Positions 12,047 to 24,922 of a stretch of DNA of 39,406 nt are shown piece after piece. Position numbers and translations under genes: made by a program. The notes under the pieces are model-generated. The model ran no database searches. It was not told the DNA's origin and saw nothing but the letters and a program-made list of their open reading frames with translations. Origin of the DNA: Octopus bimaculoides (Eukaryota); the NCBI RefSeq assembly GCF_001194135.2, contig NC_068988.1, positions 32,600,031-32,639,436 on the forward strand, given 5' to 3'. Positions within the stretch are counted from its first letter, which is position 1; every line of letters starts with the position of its first letter.

Positions 12047-12180
12047 CTGTCGGCAGGGAAGAATAAGTAAGAAATAAGAATACAAACTGTGAAAGAGTGA
12101 ACTTGAAAACGGTAATAATAAAAGACATAAAGATAAATTGAAAAGCTGTGGAAGGTGTAGAAGGTGCAGGATGAATAGAC

Positions 12181-12374
12181 AAAGAAGAAGGGGTGGAAAA
12201 GAAGTAGAAAGACGAGGAGGAGGAGGAGAAGAAGAAGAAGAAGAAGAAGAAGAAGAAGAAAAAGAAGAAGAAGAAGAAGAAGAAGAAGAAGAAGAAGAAG
12301 AAGAAGAAGAGGAAGGAGAAGAAGAAGAAGAAGAAGAAGAAGAAGAAGAAGAAGAAGAAGAAGGAGGAGGAGGA

Positions 12375-12405
<31 letters not shown>

Positions 12406-12590
12406 AAGAGGGAGAAGAAGAAAAAGGAGATGATGAAGACGAAGAAGAAGAAGAAGAAGAAGCAGAAGTGGGAGAAGAAGGAGAAGAAGTAGAAGAAGAA
12501 GGAGGAGGAGGAGGAGGAGGAGGATAAGAAGAAGAAGAAGAAGAAGGAGAAGAAGGAGAAGAAGAAGAAGAAGAAGAAGCAGAAGAAGTG
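12181..12590. repeat. (GAA)n/(GGA)n polypurine microsatellite, about 400 bp
   Basis: Direct reading. It explains the poly-E and poly-L pseudo-ORFs. Confidence 0.97.
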
Positions 12591-13445
12591 TAACTATCTT
12601 AAGTGTAATTTTCAAGCGAGGCGATTGGTGAGAGGTTTACCTGTTATGTGTTCTTGCTTTGTGTGTTCATGTGGTTTTCAACCTGCCGGCCTAATAAAAT
12701 CAAATATTGACCTGCATATTGTTACCTGATGTTTTTTATTGTTAAATATTGACGCATTGCATAAACTTACGGCTGCTTTTTTTATATAACTGAGTGTACG
12801 TTGTTATGGCATAATAACATATTTTAATGAAACATTAAGAGACCATTATAATCCATTCATCTGTATTTTTGTTATCATATTACAATACGCTGAAAGTTTT
12901 ACGCTAGTTTGAGTGCTCTTGAATTTGCGGATAGCAAATACCAGTGAACTTCGCTTCATTGATGAACACTTCCCTAACGAAGTAGATTTTGTATCTGTTG
13001 ATCTTTGTCTTAGTGTGTAGTCATCATAATATCATATACTCAGAATGAGTATTTAAAGCCTCATTGGTGAATAAATATTTTTTTATTTGCGGGTTAACAA
13101 AGCGACCAATATATTTCATATAAGAATCATCACAAGTCTTCAATCGTGCGACGTGGAATTGATCTCCATTCAGCATATTCGCAGCCCAAAAAGACACGAG
13201 TACCAACATTTCTATGTGGTAAAACTGAACGACTGTGAAGATATTTCATATGAAGCCACTGGTTCGTTTAACTCACAAATTAAATATATATACATATATA
13301 TATATATAGCGTTTTTTGTGATGTCCTGTACCCATATATGCATGTACGTATACATATAGATGTAGGTATGTACATATATGTATGGATATATGCATATTTT
13401 TTTATATTATTTATGTTATGATATATATATATATATACATATATA

Positions 13446-13610
13446 CGACGGGGTTCTTTCAGTTTCCGTCTACCAAATTCACTCACAAGGCTTTGGTCGG
13501 CCCGAGGCTATAGAAGAAGACACTTGCCCAAGGTGCCATGCAGTGGGACTGAACCCGGGACCATGTGGTTGGTAAGCAAGATACTTCCCACACAGCCACT
13601 CCTGCGCCTA
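13446..13610 (-). mobile_element. tRNA-derived SINE, 5' half (abundant octopus-type family), followed by a TA/TG microsatellite
   Basis: Minus strand ggcgcaggagtggctgtgtgg...ccgggttcagtcccactgcatggcaccttgggcaagtgtcttc..., with A/B-box-like motifs. Homologous to 16500-16612. Confidence 0.85.
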
Positions 13611-14269
13611 TATATANNNNNNNNNNNNNNNNNNNNNNNNNNNNNNNNNNNNNNNNNNNNNNNNNNNNNNNNNNNNNNNNNNNNNNNNNNNNNNNNNNNN
13701 NNNNNNNNNNNNNNNNNNNNNNNNNNNNNNNNNNNNNNNNNNNNNNNNNNNNNNNNNNNNNNNNNNNNNNNNNNNNNNNNNNNNNNNNNNNNNNNNNNNN
13801 NNNTATAATCTGAAAAGCTTCATATATGTTTTTATATGATACTATTAATTTCATGTGATAGTAGCATACACAACAGTATCTTTTAACATACCTAGAGTCT
13901 CAGCGCAAATGGTACGAGGAAAGCCAATACGCTACAATGTTTTCTTTTACTCAGATTATGCTTCCACTGCATCTTGATGCAGCGTCATCCGTATCCTATG
14001 CATTGAAGAGTGGTTTATTCCTTTCTCATTTCATTGTCTCATTTTCCCTTTCTACTCGACTAACGCTTCGTTTTTAAACATATATATATTGAGTAGTATA
14101 TCAGGTTATCAGTCACGTAATACCTAAGCGAAATGTGTGTGTGTGTATTTGCGTGTGTTTGTGCGTGCGTCTGTGTATATATATGTATGTATTTATCCAT
14201 ATATGAAAATAAAAATGAAATGTTGATACACACGTATAAAATAAATACATTGCCAGATATATTTGTAAT

Positions 14270-16211
14270 AAGAACTTTAAGGAAAAGTAAGAAAGACCAA
14301 AGAGAAATGGATAGTGCATCCCAAAATCATCGAAAACTGTATAAAGAAGAGGAACGGAATGTTTGCCGAGGAAACCCTATAAGTAGTTAGGAAAATAAAG
14401 GCAAGTACCACCACTATATTGGAGGACACAATATGCTTGCTACTCACAGAGGAGACTGTTGTGATTAAGAGATTGTGTATTGCAAGGATATTTACATTCA
14501 CGAACTGAGATATGGGAGGAAGTTACTAGGCAATTCCAGTAAGTAGAATAATTAAAGAAAACCTGTGACTACAACAAATAGTCAGGAAGAAGTCAAAGAG
14601 GAAGTACTCATGCTCAGAGTTGGGGAAACCCCAGGAGTGGATAACATTTCATCAGATCTCCAGTGGAAGCGCGTTACTTAGTGGTTAGGGTGTTGGAATC
14701 ATGATCATAAGATTGTGGCTTCGATTCGTGTCCTGGGCGAACAATTCAGCAAAACACTTTATTTCACTTTGTTCCAGTTCACTAAGCTGGCAAAAATTAG
14801 TAATCCTGCGGCAGAGTGCTTCCCGTACAGGTGGGAATATGTACGCCATGGACACCAGGAAACTGGCCCTTATGAGTCAGTATGAACATTACCTAACATC
14901 AGATCTCCTAACAGCCAAAGCTTAATAGATACCTTGTCAGAAGGTATGGGGGACGAGACAGCGGTCAAAGGACTGGATCCAATTATTGATGATACTTATT
15001 CCCATGAAAGGAAATTTTAGACTTTGTGACAATTGTAGAACAATCTGCCTAATTAACCACCCCAGCAAATTATTGCAGACAGTTCTTCAAAACAGTTAAT
15101 GGAGAAGCAAAATGCACCCTTGCAGAATAAAAGTTACTGTGAAAGAAATATTTTAACATCTAAGTGCTCATTGAAAATATGTGCATCCCCAATCTGGCCT
15201 CTATTACAACTTCTTTGACTTCCAAATTGTCATTGCGGTTGATGAAGAATTACAACATCTACAACTGCGTCAAAGTAATCCAAGCCGTTTGTGCAGAATC
15301 AAACAGTACATCTCTGAACTGTAACATCGGAGAACTATTCAGGGCAATAGTGGACGTAACAAAAAAAAAGGATATCGTACTGTTGGAGTGACACCAAGTC
15401 ATCCACCCGCTATTTTGATTTGAAGACGGTTCATTACCAACATAAACTTCGCTGATGATATCGACATTTTAAGAAGCAGTGAAGAAGAAATACAGTTGTT
15501 CAATACCTGATTAAAAAATACTACCAGTAGCATACGGCATCAGTACATGAAAGCGCAAGAACCTGATTAATGCTAAAAACCAGATCGCAGCAATAAATAT
15601 CATGCAGAACGGTGAAAAAAAAACAAAAAATGACCAGGTAGACACCTTCAAGTACTTAGATGCACTTCGACCAAGATCAGAATATCTCAAACAGTGATAA
15701 CAATTAGTTTTAGTTTAGATTCTGCTGCCATGACGATGCTTAAAACGTATTGAATGGAAAGACGCAAAATGAAAAAGCCCTGGTTACTTCGATTCTTCTG
15801 TACGAGTATGAGGGCTAGACACTTACATATGTCATAGAACGAAGAATTCAGGTATGTTAATTTAGACATGAGTACAAGTGCTTTCGAAAGTGGAACACAT
15901 CTCATATAAAGTGCATAACACGCATAGCTTTGTCCAGTAGCAATTCGACTAATACCCTGACGAGCCTGAACTACCTCTTGAACAGGTCAAACGACGAAGG
16001 ATCGTCTGGTTCGGTCAAGTGACCTGGCACAACTCCTTTTCCAAACCATGCTTGAGGTTATTGTTGAGAAAAGGTGACACAGAGCTAGACAGAGAGCAGG
16101 GATCCGTGACAACGGCTGACTACAACAGCGTCTTTCAGCATCAAGTATGGGGACTGCATGAAGATGATGGTGATGATGATGATAATGATGATAATGATTA
16201 TGATGATGATG
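14270..16211 (+). mobile_element. Decayed RTE-clade LINE (reverse transcriptase region through a (GAT)n tail), interrupted by a SINE
   Basis: Fragments ILEDTICLLLTEE, EEVKEE...GETPGVDNISSDL, KGNFRLCDNCRTICLINHPSK, NINFADDI (FADD at about 15448-15459), DQVDTFKYL and VKRRRIVWFGQV. Ends in gatgatggtgatgatgat... (16159-16211). Confidence 0.85.
14662..14896 (+). mobile_element. tRNA-derived SINE nested in the RTE, with a 12-bp target-site duplication
   Basis: ttacttagtggttagggtg...ggcttcgattc head. catcagatctcc occurs at both 14650-14661 and 14897-14908. Confidence 0.9.
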
Positions 16212-16269
16212 TATGTATTTATGTATGTATATACATACATACATACATACATACATACATTCACATATT

Positions 16270-16612
16270 CTTTGTTTCTTTTATTTATTTCATTCATTTC
16301 ACTGCGGCCACGCTAGAGCACCGCTCGTAGACGAAAAGATCGACCCAGAACTTATTATTTGTAAGCCTAGAACTTATTATATCGGCCACTCATGCTGAAC
16401 CGCTAGGTTATGGGAACGTTAGCATACCAACATCTGTTTTCAAGCGATGGTAAGGGGACAAAGTCAGACACACAAACACACACATATATATACATACGAT
16501 TGGAGGGCCCGAGGCTATAGTAGAAGACACTCGCCCAAGGTGTCACGCAGTGGGACTGAAAGAGGAACCATGTGATTGTAAAGCAAGCTTCTTACCAAAC
16601 CGCCACACCTGA
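16270..16612 (-). mobile_element. Near full-length tRNA-derived SINE (same family as 13446-13610) with an internal microsatellite
   Basis: Head at 16500-16612 matches the 13.5-kb copy. Body (16300-16470) matches 35320-35445. Confidence 0.8.
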
Positions 16613-17919
16613 ATTCCTATACGAATTCCTAACATAGGTCGAATTTTTATTTTCAACAATTGAGAGCTGTTATCTGTATTCCAAAAGGAAAATAAAAATT
16701 ACAAGTAAACACCATCTCTATTGTGTCCATAATGTGGTAGAGATAGAATCAGAATCATGTAAAGAATATTTGGTTAAGTAACAGGAACATATTTCTCTGA
16801 AAGGTATTTTAAATTCCTGACTAAATTCGGTGAAATGAATACATAAGTCTGATTATATTAGCATTATCCGCGATGAAAACATAATGATTCACGCAAGAAA
16901 CAATGCTCTAGTCAACGTTTCAATAAAATCACAATAGCTATTTCAAAAGTGAGCTTTAAAAGATGATCAGTCTTCAGAAAAGTGAAGAAATGCGGGATTG
17001 AGAACATTATTTAATTCTACAATATATATTGGCTGTTTTTTACATTCATTTTACACCGGTCTGTATATGCATGCGTACAAATATATAAACAAAGTTATCA
17101 GCACCCAAGCACTCACACACATGTATATATGTCTGGACGCTTGCTTGGGAGCATGCATATCTGTATACATACACTGTATCATGTGAATTTGGGGATATAA
17201 ACAGAGTATCTAGTCAATCGCTCATATACACCTAAATACACATATCTAATTATCTACCCACCTATATACAAATATAAATGAATAAATAATATACTTTTCA
17301 ATGGAAAAAAAATATTGAGAAAACGTGTCATTATAGATTACAAATGGAAATTTGTTCATGTATATTTCATTTCCTGGAACAAGTAGAAGCCATATTTATT
17401 CTGTAATTTTTCATAATGTCAACGAATACTACCAAATAAAATAAATTATTTGAAAATGACGAAACCGTTCCTAACGATCCTTTTGATAAATAAAGTGGCA
17501 AAAAATAAATCAATGCACGTACAGCTTCACCGATAATAGTTGATAACATCTAGATTCTTCGAGCTTGAAATAGTAAGTTATATTTTGAAATTATTGGAAA
17601 AATCTGTATCTGAATATAGATTTCACCTCAAAATCCTTTGCATATTAACATTAATGTAACTGCAATATACTACAGTTTTATCAGTAAAACATAAAGATGA
17701 AAATACATTGATACGAACTGAAATACCACCATGACGTGATGCTGAAGAGATGGTGCGTGTTTCCTAATGTACAGTTTCGATTCCTCATATTTATGATGAT
17801 AAACATTTGGTGCCACTTAAGAGATATTTTTAGTAGTTAACAGAACATTACTATTTATCATTTTTCATTGAATGTCAATTTTTGTATATTACAAATATTA
17901 CAAATATTACCAATGTCAT

Positions 17920-17972
<53 letters not shown>

Positions 17973-18070
17973 TAGCTGCTGCTGATAATGATGATGAGGT
18001 TGAGGATGATTATGGTAGTGCTGCTTGTGATGATGATGAGGATGATGATCATCATCATTATCATCATCAC

Positions 18071-18108
<38 letters not shown>
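17920..18108. repeat. Compound trinucleotide microsatellite (TAC)n-(GAT)n-(CAT)n
   Basis: Direct reading. Confidence 0.95.
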
Positions 18109-18109
<1 letters not shown>

Positions 18110-18783
18110 GAGATATAAATAATTTTGGGGAACGACAACGAAAAATTTCGAAAACTATTATGAGCTGTTGTGCGACATTTCAAATAGAGAAAGAAAAAGA
18201 ACAATCTCTCAGGCTGGATGCTGTTGATTTTAAATGACTGGAAATTCTCACCCTTTGACATTAGAGTAAAATTAACCGAAAAGAGGTGAGTATTACAATA
18301 ACATGAAGTATGATAAATGAATATTACGCTATAGAAACGTGGCAGATTATTATTTGGATAAAAGAAGAATGATGTAATTTGGAGAATTGACTTTCATTTA
18401 GTTAATCTTGACCTAGGGGCAATTGGTGCGCAGGTAATCTTGTCTCAGTTTGATATAATTGATCTTCAGTCATTCTGATGAGATTCTGTCTTATAATTAT
18501 CATATTCAACGTCCGTATTTCCACTTCCGTTATGAAGAATCTCTTTTACATCAGCACCAGGCTTTCTTTTATTGAACGCTTCAGTTTAGTCAATTGGCGC
18601 AGGAGGTCCCACTTGCACTGTAGAGAGGTGTATATTGCATTCAAATTTGTAAGACTATTGGCTTGAACATATATTTGAATCATTTGGGTATCTATGTTAA
18701 AAAGGCAATTCACTCTATGGAATGTTCATGCCAACGTATGATTTACAAATATTTAGACTACTTCAGTTTCATTATGATTGTTA

Positions 18784-19459
18784 TGCATTTGGATACAGTG
18801 AATGCTTGATTTTTGTTTCTGAGGTCAAACCTTGCCTTTGTTAATAGCTTTTTAAAGTTTTTAGGTTGTCTCTTACTGACAGTTATATTTTAATCTGTAA
18901 TGATAAAACTCAATTCCTTACTTTGTGCAAGGATCGGTAAGTTCGCTTTGGCGATATTAAAGATGTTCTGGTGGCATGGATTTTGTGTCACTATAAATGG
19001 AATGATCTTTTCCTGTTTGTGTTTTCTTTGCGGTGTCCTCAGTTGTTGTATGGGTATTTTCGAAGCCCGCTGGATACCATTTTCTATGAATCGTGATGGG
19101 TACTTTTGCTTCAGCAACAAAAATCAAACATTCACTGTATCCAAATGCAATTATAGCCGATGCGGTACATGCCGATCAATCCATACCGGCCCATATATGA
19201 ACACAACAACAGGGAAAATATTCATCAATGCGAACATGAACTGCAAAAGTAGAAATCTAATCTACTGCATCAAATGCCCCAATTGTGAAGAACTGTACGT
19301 TGGCCAGACAGGTAATGCACTATCAGAACGCTCACGTGTACATCGACAACAGATTAAAAACCCAGAAGTCCGCCAAATACCACTGAGTAACCATCTGGCA
19401 ACATGTGGTCATCAAAGTTTTATTATAATTCCATTCAATAAACTTTACAACCGGAATGA
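18784..19459. mobile_element. Penelope-like element fragment (Neptune-like): inverted thumb/linker segment plus forward GIY-YIG endonuclease, cut by an N gap
   Basis: Plus strand from about 19111: FTVSKCNYSRCGTC...CKSRNLIYCIKCPNCEELYVGQTG...VHRQQI...LSNHL (Cys linker, GIY-YIG, CCHH). Minus strand 19110 to 18784: KQKYPSRFIENGIQRA...IPFIVTQNP...SKRQPKNFKKLLTKARF. Confidence 0.9.
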
Positions 19460-20087
19460 NNNNNNNNNNNNNNNNNNNNNNNNNNNNNNNNNNNNNNNNN
19501 NNNNNNNNNNNNNNNNNNNNNNNNNNNNNNNNNNNNNNNNNNNNNNNNNNNNNNNNNNNNNNNNNNNNNNNNNNNNNNNNNNNNNNNNNNNNNNNNNNNN
19601 NNNNNNNNNNNNNNNNNNNNNNNNNNNNNNNNNNNNNNNNNNNNNNNNNNNNNNNNNNNNNNNNNNNNNNNNNNNNNNNNNNNNNNNNNNNNNNNNNNNN
19701 NNNNNNNNNNNNNNNNNNNNNNNNNNNNNNNNNNNNNNNNNNNNNNNNNNNNNNNNNNNNNNNNNNNNNNNNNNNNNNNNNNNNNNNNNNNNNNNNNNNN
19801 NNNNNNNNNNNNNNNNNNNNNNNNNNNNNNNNNNNNNNNNNNNNNNNNNNNNNNNNNNNNNNNNNNNNNNNNNNNNNNNNNNNNNNNNNNNNNNNNNNNN
19901 NNNNNNNNNNNNNNNNNNNNNNNNNNNNNNNNNNNNNNNNNNNNNNNNNNNNNNNNNNNNNNNNNNNNNNNNNNNNNNNNNNNNNNNNNNNNNNNNNNNN
20001 NNNNNNNNNNNNNNNNNNNNNNNNNNNNNNNNNNNNNNNNNNNNNNNNNNNNNNNNNNNTATATATATATATATATGCTTGTGTGTA

Positions 20088-20158
<71 letters not shown>

Positions 20159-21607
20159 TTACATATACGTGTGTGTCCCTGTTCAAGAATATATAAATAT
20201 ACATGAAAGCACACAAACATACGCACATGTACACAAGACACATACACACATACATACACGCATACACACTCACATACACATATATACACAAATGTATATT
20301 TTTGTCTGACAACTATTGTGTCTAGATGACTAGAATTTTTATGCCATATATCAAAATTATTGAAACATTTCTTATGTTTTCCATTAATGTAATTTTAGCC
20401 CAGTTCTTCATCTAGATTTTAGAGTCATATGCATATATAATATGACTTTACATTAAAAAAAGAGAGCCGACTGGAGAACGAGAATCAGTTTTTGAAACAT
20501 ATACCATATGAAATTTTGTTTGAATAAAATTTTATTTGTTACACTCTTTTGCTAAACAGTGTCACTATGGTTGTTTCTATAGACTACAAAAATACTGTTA
20601 TACACGGAAACACATACATGTGTACATACATACATTACATACATATGTGTGTATATATATGTATGTATATATAAACATATATATGTTTATATATATATAT
20701 ATATATTATATACNNNNNNNNNNNNNNNNNNNNNNNNNNNNNNNNNNNNNNNNNNNNNNNNNNNNNNNNNNNNNNNNNNNNNNNNNNNNNNNNNNNNNNN
20801 NNNNNNNNNNNNNNNNNNNNNNNNNNNNNNNNNNNNNNNNNNNNNNNNNNNNNNNNNNNNNNNNNNNNNNNNNNNNNNNNNNNNNNNNNNNNNNNNNNNN
20901 NNNNNNNNNNNNNNNNNNNNNNNNNNNNNNNNNNNNNNNNNNNNNNNNNNNNNNNNNNNNNNNNNNNNNNNNNNNNNNNNNNNNNNNNNNNNNNNNNNNN
21001 NNNNNNNNNNNNNNNNNNNNNNNNNNNNNNNNNNNNNNNNNNNNNNNNNNNNNNNNNNNNNNNNNNNNNNNNNNNNNNNNNNNNNNNNNNNNNNNNNNNN
21101 NNNNNNNNNNNNNNNNNNNNNNNNNNNNNNNNNNNNNNNNNNNNNNNNNNNNNNNNNNNNNNNNNNNNNNNNNNNNNNNNNNNNNNNNNNNNNNNNNNNN
21201 NNNNNNNNNNNNNNNNNNNNNNNNNNNNNNNNNNNNNNNNNNNNNNNNNNNNNNNNNNNNNNNNNNNNNNNNNNNNNNNNNNNNNNNNNNNNNNNNNNNN
21301 NNNNNNNNNNNNNNNNNNNNNNNNNNNNNNNNNNNNNNNNNNNNNNNNNNNNNNNNNNNNNNNNNNNNNNNNNNNNNNNNNNNNNNNNNNNNNNNNNNNN
21401 NNNNNNNNNNNNNNNNNNNNNNNNNNNNNNNNNNNNNNNNNNNNNNNNNNNNNNNNNNNNNNNNNNNNNNNNNNNNNNNNNNNNNNNNNNNNNNNNNNNN
21501 NNNNNNNNNNNNNNNNNNNNNNNNNNNNNNNNNNNNNNNNNNNNNNNNNNNNNNNNNNNNNNNNNNNNNNNNNNNNNNNNNNNNNNNNNNNNNNNNNNNN
21601 NNNNNNN

Positions 21608-21651
<44 letters not shown>

Positions 21652-22319
21652 TTATATATATATGTGTGTGTGTGTGTGTGCGTGTGTGTGTGTGTGCGTG
21701 TGTGTGTATGTGTGTGTGTGTATGCACTCTTCATTGTATATGCATATAATTTGTGTGCCTCATTCTTACATAAATATCGTTACTTACATGTATACATACT
21801 TACGTAGTATCATACGTGCGTACGGTGATATACCGCAATAATGGAAATCCTAGCATGTCATTATTATTTTTCCTCTCTAAGCATGTATTTATGTATTCAT
21901 ATCAAGTTTATATCATAATTTCTCAAGCCTCAGAATTTCTTTTTTCCACGTAGACCGTTATATTGGCATTGTGTTGCCAAGGAGACTGCACAATATAATT
22001 CTTTATTATGCACATTCAATGTTATTATATTATATATTTGAATTTTCTGTTTTGTACCTATACGAAATTGAAATATTACCTGTATGCAAACGTGTTCATA
22101 CATATTTACAAACATACTTATGTATGCATATGAATACATGCATGTATAAATATATACATACGCTTATACATATACATATTCAAACGTTTAATGTTGCATT
22201 TATATCTGTATGAAAGTATAAGTTATGTGTATGTTTGTGCATATAAATGTTTTATGGCTAATAACACTACCATCATTGGCAGCCAGCATTAATATAAAGA
22301 TCATCGATAACCCCACAAC

Positions 22320-22400
22320 CAACATTCTCATGACCACCACCGTTATCATCATCATCATCATCATCGTCATCATCATCATCATCATCATCATCATCACCAC

Positions 22401-22452
<52 letters not shown>

Positions 22453-22510
22453 TTTATTATGGTCATCGTCGTTGTCGTCGTCAACCTCATTGTCGTAATC
22501 ACCATCGTCA
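22320..22510. repeat. (CAT)n microsatellite
   Basis: Direct reading. Confidence 0.95.
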
Positions 22511-22804
22511 GCATCTTCTGTGTTCCTATTCTGGTAAAGTTTATAAATTGCTTGTTTCTCTTGAGATTAAGGAATAAATAATACGTAGTGTTTAGTTACA
22601 TCCAATTTTTGATTTCAAATAGTGGTGAAGTTATGTTTATATTTATCATATTGAATCCCAATATCTAAACTATCGGTAAAATTGAAACACCCACTAACAA
22701 ATATTACCTCTCTTACATGCTATAGAAAGGAAGATGCATTTTAAAATAGCAATGACTAGAAAGAATTTAAAGAATAAGACGGTCAGTACTTACCCTAAAA
22801 CAAT

Positions 22805-22960
22805 TAACAAACTGCTTAACGACATTTCTCCGTTTTTATGTTCTGAGCTCAAACGCCGTCGATGTCCACATTGGCATTCATAATTTCGGTGTCGCTGAGA
22901 CAAGTACCAGTATAGTACTGTCATCTATGTACTCGATTTCCCCTTCCCTCGAATATCGAT
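22805..22960 (+). mobile_element. Old SINE copy with a Nin/Deu-like domain
   Basis: ttctgagctcaaacgccgtcgatgtccacattggcattcataatttcggtgtcg...aagtaccag aligns by eye with 35090-35200. Confidence 0.6.
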
Positions 22961-23044
22961 GGTTGTCTACTATTAATATGATTATGAAGCTAGTACATGC
23001 TAGCTAATTAGTAGAAATCTTAGCTCAAGGTTGGTTGAGAACAG

Positions 23045-23590
23045 AACCTTCTCAAATTGGACGTTTCTTCCTTAAGATTCTTGCAGAATACAGTACAGAA
23101 CTTTACTTCAGGTCGACAATAGAGTCTTAGTTCCATTGTTTTTCCATATTTCCGGTATCTTTTCGGGTGTTGGGCCAAGTGCATCAGTTACCACAAGGAT
23201 AATTGTTGTCTCCATAATCTGTCCAATTCTCCGGCTAAATCATGATACAATACAGTCTTTTGAAATTCTTTGGTATCGACTCTGTTACCAAGGAGAATCG
23301 CAAAGTCTATGATCAAAAAATGTTTATTTCGCCCTTTCTAATCATATGTGATCTACTTGTAGTATTGCCAGTGTCTACGAGGAAGTCCTGTTAGATCATA
23401 TAACTCTCCTATATGACTACCTCTGGTTCCTTTTCATACTACTTTTCGGTTATTTTGAAGCCTCACAGTTAATCAATATCCCAATGTTCTCTTTACCTAC
23501 ACATTCTTGCTTGCGTTACTACTCTTTTGAGCTAGTATAGGGCTCTCAATTTGGAAATAAGTCATACTCTTGTCTTCCTTTGGGCATCTC
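23045..23590 (-). mobile_element. 3' relic of a REL-endonuclease LINE (R4/Dong-like)
   Basis: Minus strand: ILAQKE, YEKEPEVV, QDFLVDT, DFAI, YHDLAGEL, VVTDALG and ARILRK, matching the CCHC/PD-(D/E)xK C-terminus pattern. Confidence 0.7.
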
Positions 23591-23911
23591 TAGTTAACCA
23601 TCGTATCTTTCTTTACACTGCCCAACATATTATTTCAATCCCAATATGTGTTCTAACAGTGTCGGCTGCAAATAAAAACATCCTGTCATCCTTTTTTCCT
23701 TGCTTGTAGAGTATGTCAGTGTTACTTTTAGGTGGCATGTGTGGTGCAATGTGAGCAATTTTCCAAGTTACCTCGCTCGGCCGTGGTCCATTTTTGTAAG
23801 AGCACAACTTTGCATATATTGGCTTAATGACACTCTCTCTATTTTATTATATATATATGTGTTTGTGTGTGTGTGTGTGTGTGTGCGTGTGTGTGTGTGT
23901 GTGTATGTATG

Positions 23912-23944
<33 letters not shown>

Positions 23945-24852
23945 GTGTATGTATGTGTATATGCATGTAAATATATATATATATATGTATGTATGTGTAT
24001 GCAGATATGCGTATGGATATAGGTACATAAGTATGTGGGCCTATATAATAGTGCATATACACATTTATATGTACATGTGTGCGCATGTGTGTATATCAAT
24101 ATACATATTTTTCTTTCTCTCTCTGATTCATCACCACGCATTATCATTTAGTTAGTACCATAAATACCTACGTATATTTTTCGAAACTAGACCATTACAT
24201 CTTATTATCCTTCCCTTCCTTTTTCAGGTTTATTATTCAATTTAGTACACCACTCTTACCATTTTCTTTACCTATCTCTGTACCTTAGGCTTTTTCAAAC
24301 ATATCTCCCACCGCCTAATTCTCACACATATTTCTTCCTTACATTCGTCCCCTATTCCTTTTGACTAATAATATTCTCCTTCTAGCATACATATATATTC
24401 TCTTCTTTCTATCTATTTACCCCTACCAGTACGTCCATCCACACTGCAAGCCCCCTTTGAATGAACAACACATAGAATTTATGTCTCCACTCTATCCACT
24501 TGTAAGAACAAAATATGAACTCCTATCGAAATCTACATACCATGTACAAGAAGCATCTCTACTCATTTTACAGAACATTTTCCTTCGATAATGGAACTGC
24601 AGCTATAATATCCTACATATATTCTTACTTTCATTTTTATCTCTTATTTCCGTTATACCTCCTATATCTTGCCTTTTTCAAAATAACTCCTTATATTGAA
24701 CTCTACTATTCCCTCTAGTTAACGCTCTTATATCGTCTCTGATGAAGGAAAATCCTTAATATCCCAGAAAGAGCTGTATCACTACCTTTCTCTTTATACA
24801 TGTCCTATAAATCCGACACAGCCTTGGCTTTGTTGCTCATTTTATTTAACAC

Positions 24853-24922
<70 letters not shown>

